A stretch of 64,000 nucleotides of DNA from Candidatus Lambdaproteobacteria bacterium RIFOXYD2_FULL_50_16 (lineage in GTDB: Bacteria; SAR324; XYD2-FULL-50-16), in assembly GCA_001783695.1 (NCBI GenBank), contig MFNE01000047.1, positions 3,555 to 67,554 on the forward strand, written 5' to 3'. The translations under genes and the position numbers were made by a program. Below, piece after piece: positions 39,149 through 48,623 of the stretch (positions within the stretch are counted from its first letter, which is position 1; each line of letters starts with the position of its first letter). Below the pieces are notes generated by a model, which had not been told where the DNA came from, ran no database searches, and worked only from the letters and a program-made list of their open reading frames with translations.

Positions 39149-41965
39149 CTATTCTTCCGGCGTTTGTTGTATGTCTTCGGTCACTTCCTTCTCCTTGATA
39201 ACCGCCCCGTTCCGGTACATCAAAACCGTCCCTGAATCGGTACCCGTTATCAGGTCCAGGTCGCCATCGGCGTCTAGGTCGGCAGCGATAGGTGCCGTTC
39301 CTTTGGGGGGCTCTAGTTTGGTGGCACTTTCTCTAAATTCCCACTTACCCGAAAGGTCGGGTTTTTCGTTTTTCAAAAAGTAGATCCTGCCACTATCTGA
39401 GCCAATCAACTGGTCGAGGGTACCATCGTTATTTAAGTCTGCAAAGCTGGGTGTCGAGCCAATACCCACATCGATCATTTCATAGTCTCGACGCATGATC
39501 AAAAAGCGGTTAGACTCATTGCGAACGTAGGTCAGCTTCCCACTCAAAGTTCCCACCAATAGGTCTAAAATACCGTCACCTGATAGATCAGCCACGGCAG
39601 GGCGGGCATTTTTGCCTAGGTAAAGACCGCGGAAATAATCCTTTTCTAAAACGAAGTTGGCCTCTTCGGTGGTCCCTTGGTTGACATAGAAAAAGAGACG
39701 TCCTAACCCATTGCCAACCACCAGGTCTAAGTCCCCGTCTTGGTCGAGGTCGTACAAGACCGGGGCGCTATTGGTAAAGGGAGGTGTGGTCTTTATAAAA
39801 TTTTCTTTGGCCAATTGGTAATTGTACTCGGTGTCACTGCCTTGGTTTTCATAATAATAAATCGCTCCCGATTTAGAGCCAACCAACATATCTAAATCAC
39901 CGTCCCCATCGAGGTCGCCTAAGCTTGGGATGGATTTTTGGATGTTGCGGTTTCGCACTAAAAGCAGCGGAATTTCGTCAAACTTCGGCTCGACCACTTG
40001 CCGGGTGGGGGTGTCTTCCTGCAGGAAGGCCTCAAACTCCTCTTCTTCACCGCTGGCAGTCTCTTCTGTGGAATCAGCGATATCGAGTTCAATGGGACCA
40101 TCAACATCCTCTACCACTAAACTGCCCGATTTTTGGTCGATCGAGTTATCCACAACCACTTGCATCCCCTCGCCCTCACCGCTGGCACCACCATTGTGGT
40201 ATAACAAAAAGTCGCCCTCGTCGTTGCCAATCAACATGTCTAAATCTCCGTCCCCGTTGAAGTCAGTGAAGAGGGGATGGGATAAAAAATCGACGTTGTA
40301 GTTACTAAAGGCTTTGTCTGAGGTTTCCCAATTCAGGTTGTCCTTGGCCGCTTTTCCAGGGCTGATATAAAGCATCATACTGCCTTCATCGGCACCGGTA
40401 ATGAGGTCGATATATTTGTCTTTATTATAGTCAAAAAAGGTGGGGACCGAATTTTTAGAAACCTTAGCAGACGCAAAACGGGTAGATTCGAGAGCAAACA
40501 TCGGATCGGTCTTGGTGCCTTTGTTTAAATAAAGGATCACTCGGCCTGTGAAGTTGCCCATAAAGAGATCTAGGTCCCCATCTCCATCAATGTCGAGTAA
40601 GCGGGGCACCGAGTTGGAACCAACGTCAACCTGGAAATAGGTTTTATCTTTAAGAGTCCACTTGGCCACTTTAGGGGTGCCTAAATTTTCGATAAAGGCC
40701 ACCATTCCTTGCTTGTCACCCACTAAAAGGTCTAAGTCCCCGTCTCCATCGACGTCGCCTAATTCAGGAGCAGAGTTTTCCATTCCCGTGATAAATAGTA
40801 ATTCTTCTGTGACCAAGATCCAGTTGGGTTCTTTGGCGGTGCCGTCGTTGCGGAAGTAGTTTAGGTTGCCGTTTTTTTCCCCAACTATAAGGTCTAGGTC
40901 CCCGTCTTGGTCCAGGTCCCCAGCGGCCACTGAAGCGCGGGAGCCGGTAACTACCAACTTGTTAAAATTAAATAAGTTTGGTTTGATGTTCCAAAGAACC
41001 CGACGGTCGGTTTGCACCCGGTTTTCAAATAAGGAAACGGTGGGGTTAGAGCTACCCATGATCATGTCATCATCGCCGTCTTTATCGATATCGATAAAGT
41101 ACGGGGCAGATTCACCACCCACGTCGATCAGCAAAAAATTCTCGTGGATTGGTTGCCAGTCGGGGAAGAATCGGTCACCCTTGTTTTCATAGAAGCTAAG
41201 GGTCCCGTTTTTCATGCCTACAATCAGGTCTAGGTCGCCATCGCCGTCCCAGTCGGTCAAACCGGGGCTCGCGTGGGTTTCCAAGCCAAACTCCACCACG
41301 GCCTTGGGTTTGGCCGTGCGAAAGTCAGGTTTACCGCGAGTGCCCTGGTTAATATATAGATGGACCTTGCCGTCCACGGTTCCGACAAGAAGATCGAATT
41401 TTCGCTGAAGATTGACGTCGGCAAAGACCGGGACCGAGTTACGGCCTACGTTGATCCCTTCGAACTTGGTGGTAACAAGCTTATAAACCGGGATTAGGTT
41501 GTTGCCGATGTTTTCAAAGTGCCAGATAGCCCCTGTGGCAGTGCCCACAAAAAGGTCAAAGTCCCCATCGTTGTCGATATCTACTAAAAAGGGGGCCGAG
41601 CGTTCGCCCACATCGATTTTATTCCAGACCTTGACCCGGCGGACTTGGCGTCGCTGTTCAAAGATCGCTTTGTAGGCTTGGGTAATTAAAACAAAATCAG
41701 GTTTGCCCGGTTTACCTTGGTTTTCGAAGTAGGCAAGTTGGCCGTTTGCTTGGCCTAAAAAAAGGTCCTCATCTCCATCCCCATCGACATCTGCGAAGGC
41801 CATTTTGGCATTGCGCATTTCGCGGGCAAAGATCAGCGCCCTTTCGCCGTTTAATTGGCTGTAATATTGTTGTTTCCAATTATATTTAACCTCTTTGGCC
41901 CAAAGTGCTGACCCTGGGATTAAAAGGGCAAAAAGGCAAACAGCCGAGGCAAATTTAGATCTCAT
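39149..41965 (-). CDS. large secreted FG-GAP/VCBS-repeat beta-propeller protein (938 aa)
   Basis: Signal peptide. More than 12 repeats of the Ca-binding FG-GAP signature (e.g. DVDGDGDEDLF, DIDNDGDFDLFVG, DWDGDGDLDLIVG, DLDQDGDLDLIVG). Confidence 0.75.
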   Translation of the reverse strand: MRSKFASAVCLFALLIPGSALWAKEVKYNWKQQYYSQLNGERALIFAREMRNAKMAFADVDGDGDEDLFLGQANGQLAYFENQGKPGKPDFVLITQAYKAIFEQRRQVRRVKVWNKIDVGERSAPFLVDIDNDGDFDLFVGTATGAIWHFENIGNNLIPVYKLVTTKFEGINVGRNSVPVFADVNLQRKFDLLVGTVDGKVHLYINQGTRGKPDFRTAKPKAVVEFGLETHASPGLTDWDGDGDLDLIVGMKNGTLSFYENKGDRFFPDWQPIHENFLLIDVGGESAPYFIDIDKDGDDDMIMGSSNPTVSLFENRVQTDRRVLWNIKPNLFNFNKLVVTGSRASVAAGDLDQDGDLDLIVGEKNGNLNYFRNDGTAKEPNWILVTEELLFITGMENSAPELGDVDGDGDLDLLVGDKQGMVAFIENLGTPKVAKWTLKDKTYFQVDVGSNSVPRLLDIDGDGDLDLFMGNFTGRVILYLNKGTKTDPMFALESTRFASAKVSKNSVPTFFDYNKDKYIDLITGADEGSMMLYISPGKAAKDNLNWETSDKAFSNYNVDFLSHPLFTDFNGDGDLDMLIGNDEGDFLLYHNGGASGEGEGMQVVVDNSIDQKSGSLVVEDVDGPIELDIADSTEETASGEEEEFEAFLQEDTPTRQVVEPKFDEIPLLLVRNRNIQKSIPSLGDLDGDGDLDMLVGSKSGAIYYYENQGSDTEYNYQLAKENFIKTTPPFTNSAPVLYDLDQDGDLDLVVGNGLGRLFFYVNQGTTEEANFVLEKDYFRGLYLGKNARPAVADLSGDGILDLLVGTLSGKLTYVRNESNRFLIMRRDYEMIDVGIGSTPSFADLNNDGTLDQLIGSDSGRIYFLKNEKPDLSGKWEFRESATKLEPPKGTAPIAADLDADGDLDLITGTDSGTVLMYRNGAVIKEKEVTEDIQQTPEE

Positions 41966-42103
41966 CCGATTCGGGCCAGACTAGGTGGACAACCAAGGCC
42001 AGGGCCTGGGTTAGTTCTCAATCCTATCTTAATGCAAAAAAAGGGCAACAAGGACTTATTTGAAACAAACCAGCGGTTTTTTTAAGTCCTTGCTCGAAAA
42101 AAC

Positions 42104-43036
42104 TCAAATTTCCCGACCAAACCAGATAACCCGGCCTAACACTTGGGGGAGGTTGTCGTCTCCGATATTGAGGGTTTGCTCCGAGTATTTTGAATTGTCG
42201 CTTTTTAGCTTAATCCGCCCGTCCAACATGCGTTCGAGCCTTTTGACGATCAGGTTGTTTTCGATGCGAAGCACATACAACAGCCCGTCTTTGATCTGCC
42301 GCTGGGCCATGTCGATCAAAATTAGGTCGTGTTGTAATAAAGTGGGCTCCATTGAGTCGCCGATTACGTTTATTAGGGCCAGCCCTTCAAGCCCAACCCG
42401 TAAACTTCCTCGAACCCAGTCCTTATGAAAGGCCAAATGATTAATAATTTGTTCTGAGTCGATAATAGAACCGCTTCCGGCGGCCGCTTCGATCTTGTAA
42501 TGGGGCACATAAACAAACTGGTCTTCCGCCATCTGCCGCTGCCATTGGCTGGGCTCTTCGGCGGCCAAAACGGGATTCTTACGGCCAAATTCGCGAGCTA
42601 GTGACGGAAACCGATTTAGCAAAATGCTGCGTGCTTGGGCGCAGAGTCCTCGGCTTTTGCCATCATAAATTTTAGGCGGAGCCCCAGATTCGCGGCGAAC
42701 GGTGGTTTCAAAATATTCGGCGCGAGGGGGCAAGGCCAAAGCATCCGCTGCATCCTCATCGGTTATTGGCGGGGGCACCCGCAAAGGCCGGCCTTCTAGT
42801 TTAGAGTTTTCCAAAGCGATAGTGGCTTCCACCTTAGCGGAATCCCAATTAGCCCAGGCAACCTGGATATCGTCGGGGAGCCGTTCTAAGGGATAAAGAT
42901 GGATTGGGCTTCCATAAGCCCTTTGCTCTCGATAATGGGGCCATTGTTGCTTGCGAGCTTTGTTGTTCAAGCTTTTAAACGAGCTTAGCCCGGTAAAAAA
43001 AGAGAGCTCGACGATGTCATATCTTAAATACTTCAC
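42104..43036 (-). CDS. phage repressor with C-terminal S24 (LexA/CI-type) autopeptidase domain
   Basis: C-terminal region contains GDSMEPTL (Ser nucleophile) and a downstream Lys (IVKRLE). The ~180-aa N-terminal region has no canonical HTH_3. It is divergent from the early genes. Confidence 0.65.
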   Translation of the reverse strand: MKYLRYDIVELSFFTGLSSFKSLNNKARKQQWPHYREQRAYGSPIHLYPLERLPDDIQVAWANWDSAKVEATIALENSKLEGRPLRVPPPITDEDAADALALPPRAEYFETTVRRESGAPPKIYDGKSRGLCAQARSILLNRFPSLAREFGRKNPVLAAEEPSQWQRQMAEDQFVYVPHYKIEAAAGSGSIIDSEQIINHLAFHKDWVRGSLRVGLEGLALINVIGDSMEPTLLQHDLILIDMAQRQIKDGLLYVLRIENNLIVKRLERMLDGRIKLKSDNSKYSEQTLNIGDDNLPQVLGRVIWFGREI

Positions 43037-43120
43037 GGTGACCTGCTTGAAAGTTGAGGGTTATATTAAAAAATATATAAAAACAAATAGATCAAAAAAA
43101 ATGCTGAAAAACAAATTGAC

Positions 43121-43185
43121 AAGTACTTCAAAAGTACTTCATTATCGAGGCAAATGGAGCCCGCTGAATTTTAGGTGAAGTACTT
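43121..43185. promoter_or_regulatory. three copies of the perfect palindrome AAGTACTT (43121-43128, 43132-43139, 43178-43185) in the repressor/early-gene divergent promoter; putative operators
   Basis: Read directly in the sequence. The first two copies are spaced 11 bp centre-to-centre. A degenerate fourth copy (AAGTATT) lies at 43261. Confidence 0.45.
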
Positions 43186-43296
43186 ATCCAGTCTAACTCA
43201 TCTAAATTAAGCAGTAAACCCCATTATGTTTCAGAGCAATACTTTTTATACATTTTTAAGAAGTATTAATCTGTAAGCCTTGAACGGAAAAAGAAA

Positions 43297-43923
43297 ATGG
43301 CTAAAATCATCTATCTTAACCAGCAACCCTTTTGGCAAGACTCACAGGGTCGATTGATTCCAGAATCCCAAGTCCGGCCAGAGGACCAGGCAAAAGATCG
43401 GATGATCGAAGAGATTGCCCAATCTTGGAAGGAAGCCCAAGCCAACTTGATCCACCTTAAACGGTGGGTTTACTCGGAGGTGGGGGCCTACTTGAGTGTA
43501 CTTTCCTCCAAATACGGTGCCAAGTCCAAACCACCCGAATCGGGGCTGACGATTAAGGATTTTTCAGGAAGGTTTAAACTGCAAATCCAGGTTGCCTCGA
43601 TTATTAGTTTTGACGAAAAACTCCAAATTGCCAAAGGGCTGATCGATCAATGTATCGAGAGGTGGAGCCGCAATTCGGACCCAAAACTAGTCACCGTTAT
43701 CAAAGACGCCTTTCGAGTAAATCAGCAAGGAAAAATTAGTATTCCCCGAATCTTGGGACTACGAAATCTTTCGATTGACGACGTCGATTGGGAACGGGCG
43801 ATGGAAGCTATCACTGATTCCGTATTAATCGAACACACCAAAAAATACGTCCGCTTATACGAGCGAGACGAAGAAGCCGAGGGCGGTTATAAGGCCTTGC
43901 CCCTCGATATTGCTGCATTATAA
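43297..43923 (+). CDS. phage early-region hypothetical protein (208 aa)
   Basis: First gene divergent from the repressor, with good coding character. Confidence 0.4.
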   Translation: MAKIIYLNQQPFWQDSQGRLIPESQVRPEDQAKDRMIEEIAQSWKEAQANLIHLKRWVYSEVGAYLSVLSSKYGAKSKPPESGLTIKDFSGRFKLQIQVASIISFDEKLQIAKGLIDQCIERWSRNSDPKLVTVIKDAFRVNQQGKISIPRILGLRNLSIDDVDWERAMEAITDSVLIEHTKKYVRLYERDEEAEGGYKALPLDIAAL

Positions 43924-43938
43924 ACAAAAGGAGAAAAG

Positions 43939-44436
43939 ATGGATCGAACCAGCCGTAACAATTTAAAACGGGACCTGCTCCGCTTTGAAGGCTTGCGCCT
44001 TAAGCCCTATCTTTGCCCAGCGGGCAAGTTGACCTTAGGGGTTGGGCGTAACTTAGAAGACTGCGGGATTAGCCAAGAGGAAGCCGAATATTTGTTAGAA
44101 AACGACCTTAACCGGGTATTGTCTGAGTTAGAGAGCCAATTAAACTGGTTTGGCCAGCTGCCCGGCGAGGCGCAAGAGGTGCTGGCAAACATGGCTTTTA
44201 ACTTAGGTATCCATGGTCTGATGGGTTTTAATAAAACCTTGGAGGCTTTTAAACAGCACGATTGGAAGAATGCGGCCAAGGAGATGCAAGACTCCCTTTG
44301 GGCTCGTCAGACTGGACCTAGGGCCTTGGAACTGGCGAGTAAAATAAGGGATATTGAGCAAAAAAATAAATCCAGCTTAGATCTCCTGGTGGAGATCAAA
44401 GACCAAATTTTTCAACTAGAAAAACGGATCGGGTAA
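43939..44436 (+). CDS. phage lysozyme (glycoside hydrolase family 24, T4/lambda-R-like)
   Basis: LLRFEGLRLKPYLCPAGKLTLGVGRNLE matches the catalytic E...D...T GH24 N-terminal signature. 165 aa. Confidence 0.8.
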   Translation: MDRTSRNNLKRDLLRFEGLRLKPYLCPAGKLTLGVGRNLEDCGISQEEAEYLLENDLNRVLSELESQLNWFGQLPGEAQEVLANMAFNLGIHGLMGFNKTLEAFKQHDWKNAAKEMQDSLWARQTGPRALELASKIRDIEQKNKSSLDLLVEIKDQIFQLEKRIG

Positions 44437-44438
44437 TC

Positions 44439-44798
44439 ATGTTAGAAGAATTAATCGAAATTTTGGGTCATGAGGCAACTCTTAAATTGGTTCAGCGGTT
44501 TGGCGGAACTGCTTTGTACATTCCCCAAAATCCTCAAGCCAACCATCCCTTGACATTAACCATCGGCGAGCAAGGCGCCGCCTTGCTTAGTAGCTATTTT
44601 GGAGGCGAAAACCTATATCTCCCCCTGGGGCGGAAATGGGCTCGTGAACTTCAAAGAGAACGGATTCATGAACTTCGAAGTAGCGCGGTGCCGTTAACAG
44701 AAATTGCTAAGTCGGTCGGATGCACTACTCGCTGGGTCCGTATGGTGTTGAAGGATTATAGCCCCAACCCAATCAACCAACCTCAGCCCCCACTTTAA
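44439..44798 (+). CDS. Mor/C-family transcriptional activator of phage middle/late genes
   Basis: 119 aa. The FGGTALYIPQ region, followed by a C-terminal HTH (LTEIAKSVGCTTRWVRMVLKDY), resembles Mu Mor (LGGGQVYIP...HTH). Confidence 0.5.
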   Translation: MLEELIEILGHEATLKLVQRFGGTALYIPQNPQANHPLTLTIGEQGAALLSSYFGGENLYLPLGRKWARELQRERIHELRSSAVPLTEIAKSVGCTTRWVRMVLKDYSPNPINQPQPPL

Positions 44799-44874
44799 TG
44801 ACCGGGGTTGCCTTGGGAAGAGGGAAGGTTCATAATGGGGAAATTACTTTAGCCCAGACTATCCCCACAAGCTG

Positions 44875-46680
44875 ATGACTTCCCGGCACCCTTTTTTTTT
44901 AGTACTACTGCTTCTGATTCTAGGAGGCTGCGCGCACTCGGCCTTCGAAAAGGCGGTCGAGCGCAATAGTTTCGAGGCTTACCAAAACTTTCGGGTTGAA
45001 TACCCTGAGTCGGAGTGGGCCAATGAAGCCAAGGCTCGTCAAGAGACCCTGCTTTATTCGAGAATAGAAGCAGAGGGTAAATTAGAAGACATGGATTTGT
45101 ACCTGGAGTTTTTTGGCGATGGGGTCCATCTGCCCCAGGTTCATTTACTCCGAGAGCCTAAAATGTTCGAGGCGGCTGTTAAATCAGATGTAGAATCGGA
45201 TTACCGGAGGTATTTGAGCGCTTATCCAGAGGGGCCCAATTTCCAAGCAGCGGCTACTCGGGGCGATCAATTGGCTTTTGATGCGGCCCAACAGCAAAAC
45301 AGTTTTGAGGCTTACGAAAAGTATCTAAAAGAAAACCCCAAAGGAAATTTTATCGCTGAGGCGACTTCTGCTTTAGACGATAAAGCTTGGAACCGAGCTT
45401 CCCAGTCTGGAACCGAGGAGGCTTATCAAAAATATCTTAGCCTTTTCCCCCAAGGGAAAAGCGCTGACACCGCCAAAAAAGCTTGGGACCAGAAGGCTTT
45501 CCAGACGGCTAAAAATTTGAATACACGCGCATCGCTCGAAGCCTATATCGACACCTTCCCCAAGGGCGATAATCTGGTGGAGGCCCATAAAATAAGGAGC
45601 CACATCTGGTTTTTAGAAGCCAAAGCTTCTGGCGCTCCTGAACAACTCCGGGCCTTTTTAAAAGCCTATCCCCAAAGTGAAGACACCCAGCCTGCCCGCA
45701 AGACCTTGGTAGGGCTTAACCGAGTACGGGTGTTAAGCCAGCGAGCCTGCCCGAAATGTATCTTAGTTGGCATTGACCTTCACGGCGAGGACCTAGAAAA
45801 GGTCGATCTAACCGGGGCCAACCTGCAAGGGGCCAACTTGGAAGGGGCAAGGATGCTTGGGGCTAAACTGGACGGGGTCAACCTTGATCAAGCCCATCTA
45901 GCCAAGGCCACTTGGACCGATGGAAAGGTCTGCGCCGAAAGCTCGGTAGGGCTCTGTGCCCGGTATCTGGCGTCTGATTTTCAAAGGTTGATGACCCAAA
46001 AAAAATGTCCAAAATGCCAACTTCATGGGGCCCCTCTAAACAACATGGAATTAGAAGGGGTCGATCTGCGGGGAGCTGATCTTAGAGAGGCGCGATTTGT
46101 GGAAGCCAATCTGGAAAACGCCAAGTTAGCTGGGGCAAATCTCGATGGGGCCGATATGACCCAGGCTAATTTAAAGTTTGCTGATTTTTCCAGAGCCGGT
46201 CTTAAAGGGGCAAAGTTTGACAAAGCAGTGGCCAAAGAGGCCAATCTTTCTAACGCGAGGCTTCAGCGAACTAGTTTTAAAGAAACCGATCTCCGCCGCG
46301 CGCTATTTAATCGGACCAGCTTTTTAGGGGTGGACTTGGAAAAGGCGGACCTTAGACGGGCAGAGTTTGAACAATCAGAATGGGGACCGGATCCCGATAC
46401 TAATCAGCCTACCCTTGCTTTAGGGGCGGATTTGCGGTGGGCTCATTTGCAAGGGTCTCGATTGTCTGCCGATTTTAAAGGCGCCAATCTTAGCGAAGCT
46501 CGAATGCAAAAGACCGATCTGACTGGCGCTGATTTCGAAAAGGCCAACCTTGCTGGGGCGGATTTAACCGAGGCCAAGTTTAGCGGCACCAACCTCAAAG
46601 AGGCAGACTTCACCGGGGCCTTATGGATCGATGGCAAGGCTTGTTCAGACGGATCAATCGGGGTTTGTTTTAAAAAATAA
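44875..46680 (+). CDS. prophage-encoded lipoprotein: N-terminal CpoB/YbgF-like helical repeats plus two Cys-bracketed pentapeptide-repeat modules
   Basis: Lipobox LILGGC. Six ~40-aa repeats of [ST]xEAYxxF/YLxxYPxSxxxxxA. Two modules follow, each CPKC-(pentapeptide repeats A[ND]LxG)-W[TI]DGK[VA]C...G[LV]C. Confidence 0.7.
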   Translation: MTSRHPFFLVLLLLILGGCAHSAFEKAVERNSFEAYQNFRVEYPESEWANEAKARQETLLYSRIEAEGKLEDMDLYLEFFGDGVHLPQVHLLREPKMFEAAVKSDVESDYRRYLSAYPEGPNFQAAATRGDQLAFDAAQQQNSFEAYEKYLKENPKGNFIAEATSALDDKAWNRASQSGTEEAYQKYLSLFPQGKSADTAKKAWDQKAFQTAKNLNTRASLEAYIDTFPKGDNLVEAHKIRSHIWFLEAKASGAPEQLRAFLKAYPQSEDTQPARKTLVGLNRVRVLSQRACPKCILVGIDLHGEDLEKVDLTGANLQGANLEGARMLGAKLDGVNLDQAHLAKATWTDGKVCAESSVGLCARYLASDFQRLMTQKKCPKCQLHGAPLNNMELEGVDLRGADLREARFVEANLENAKLAGANLDGADMTQANLKFADFSRAGLKGAKFDKAVAKEANLSNARLQRTSFKETDLRRALFNRTSFLGVDLEKADLRRAEFEQSEWGPDPDTNQPTLALGADLRWAHLQGSRLSADFKGANLSEARMQKTDLTGADFEKANLAGADLTEAKFSGTNLKEADFTGALWIDGKACSDGSIGVCFKK

Positions 46681-46685
46681 ACCGC

Positions 46686-48623
46686 TTAAAGGTATTCTGG
46701 GGTAGTACCGGTAGCTGAGAAGAGAAAGGCTAATAATTTTTGGGTGCCTGGGGCTTCCCAGTCGGAATCGTCCAACAGGTGCAATACATCTAATAAAATC
46801 CCCAAGCAAGCTCCAGAATAGGCTTCATTCCTTAGATTGACCGCCTTGTATTCCTTGTCTTTGAGCCTCTTGTCGTCGGTGATTAGTTTGCGACTACGGG
46901 CACTCATGACGTTGTCTTCATTGCGTACCCGCATCAAAAAGCAATAAGGGTCCATGTAAATATCTGCAACCGAATGGGTATCTTTGTCCTCATCCTTCCA
47001 TTGTAGGTCCTTCTCGAAATAGCCCACTCCCAAACAAAACAACATCGGGTCGTCGCCGGGCATAGGGATCAAATAGGCTAAATAATGCTCAGTAACCGGA
47101 TGGGAGGCTTGAGGGTGTTTAAATTCGTTAAAAATCAACTGACTTTTTGGGCCACCAACCTTTTTAAAGAGGGCTCGAAAAGCCACCTTATAAATCTGCA
47201 AAGCTTCGTCGTCCCCTAAAAGTTGGTGGTTAACCGCAGCTGCCCGCTTGCCTCCATCGGACATCGCTGAACGATAACCAGCTTCACTGGTTTGCACTTG
47301 AATATAGTCTTGGGCTCGCTCTAGAGCCGTAGGGTCTTTGGCGATCTGGCGGAATTCGGACAGGTCGTTTTGTTCGGGTATTTCGTCAAAGAGTTGGTCT
47401 AAGGTTTTTCCTGGTTGATTCTCTTCGTTTTTGGCAAAAGTCAGCGCGTTTTTAACCCGCAAGACCAAATCAGAGATCGAGTGGGCCAATACGATCCCTC
47501 GCTCTTTTAAGTCCAATATCGCGTCCGAAATCCGCCCGAAGAGCGTGCCATCATTACGGTATCCGGCTTCGTATTTAGACTTGGCGACCTTAAACGCGGT
47601 CTCAATATCATGCGAAGGGTAGCGGTGTATTTCTTTAATAAAATCACGCAGATCTTTTAAAATCCCATCGATAGTGGTTGGGGCCAATTGGTCTAAAAAG
47701 GCGCGTTGTGCCTGTTCGCAAGTCTGACTCGCAAACATCAGATCATCGACCATCAGGGCCACCAACTCGTCTTTAGGAGCCAATTGGTCGTTGGTGAACA
47801 AAAAGCAGGCAATCACCTTTGAAAGGTCGGCCGGGGCCACTCCTCTAATCCGGTCTGGTTTAGAAAGGTCGAGCACGAAATTTTTTAGATAGTCCGCCCT
47901 TTTTTTCGCGTAGATCGGCATTACCCGGTGCCCTTGCACAAAACCGATTAACCGGGCCAGATTGATTGACAATTGCCGGTTTTGCACCAACGCCCCACTT
48001 AGGGTTTCGGCATTATTTTTTTTGACAATATGGCGAAGCAGATCCAACGAAAGATCGGTCTCGATGGCGAGTGCCGTTGCTTCGGCTAAAACAAAGTCTT
48101 GATTCAGAAGCGCCAATAGGCGTTCAGACATATCATAGCGGAAGGTCGAAAGCGCGTGTAGTTGTGAATCTCGGGTGCGTGCTTCAAAGAGATCTTGGTG
48201 TAGGGATAACGTAGTAATTACTTGATCAGTTCCTCCGAAGGCTTGTAAAAAGCTAAGCGCCACCGGCTTAATCTCTTGGTCGTTGGCAAAAAGCAGCGCT
48301 TCAGAGACTAAGGCAAGATTTTCAGGATTTCCTAGATAATTAAAGGTTTCCAAAGCAAACAGCCGACGACTTGGGTTTAGCTTGTTAAGCGCTTTGACCG
48401 CGTCGAGAAAGGCATCGGTGACCGCTTGGATCACTTCATCATTTTTAGGCAACCCCCCTCGAATTTGCTCAAATCCATCCATAACCTCTTGTATGTCCAG
48501 AGGTTCTGATTGCTCAATGAGATCAAGAAGGGTGGTGTCTCTTTCGTCAGATACAATCCTCCGCCGCTTTTGCAGACGAATAAATTGGTCAATAGTTTGA
48601 GAAAAGTCCGGTTTTGCGTTCAT
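46686..48623 (-). CDS. hypothetical 645-aa helical protein, no recognisable domain (prophage accessory gene, antisense to phage genes)
   Basis: Long clean ORF convergent with 44875..46680, with a 5-bp gap between the stops. No P-loop or nuclease motifs found by eye. Confidence 0.5.
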   Translation of the reverse strand: MNAKPDFSQTIDQFIRLQKRRRIVSDERDTTLLDLIEQSEPLDIQEVMDGFEQIRGGLPKNDEVIQAVTDAFLDAVKALNKLNPSRRLFALETFNYLGNPENLALVSEALLFANDQEIKPVALSFLQAFGGTDQVITTLSLHQDLFEARTRDSQLHALSTFRYDMSERLLALLNQDFVLAEATALAIETDLSLDLLRHIVKKNNAETLSGALVQNRQLSINLARLIGFVQGHRVMPIYAKKRADYLKNFVLDLSKPDRIRGVAPADLSKVIACFLFTNDQLAPKDELVALMVDDLMFASQTCEQAQRAFLDQLAPTTIDGILKDLRDFIKEIHRYPSHDIETAFKVAKSKYEAGYRNDGTLFGRISDAILDLKERGIVLAHSISDLVLRVKNALTFAKNEENQPGKTLDQLFDEIPEQNDLSEFRQIAKDPTALERAQDYIQVQTSEAGYRSAMSDGGKRAAAVNHQLLGDDEALQIYKVAFRALFKKVGGPKSQLIFNEFKHPQASHPVTEHYLAYLIPMPGDDPMLFCLGVGYFEKDLQWKDEDKDTHSVADIYMDPYCFLMRVRNEDNVMSARSRKLITDDKRLKDKEYKAVNLRNEAYSGACLGILLDVLHLLDDSDWEAPGTQKLLAFLFSATGTTPEYL

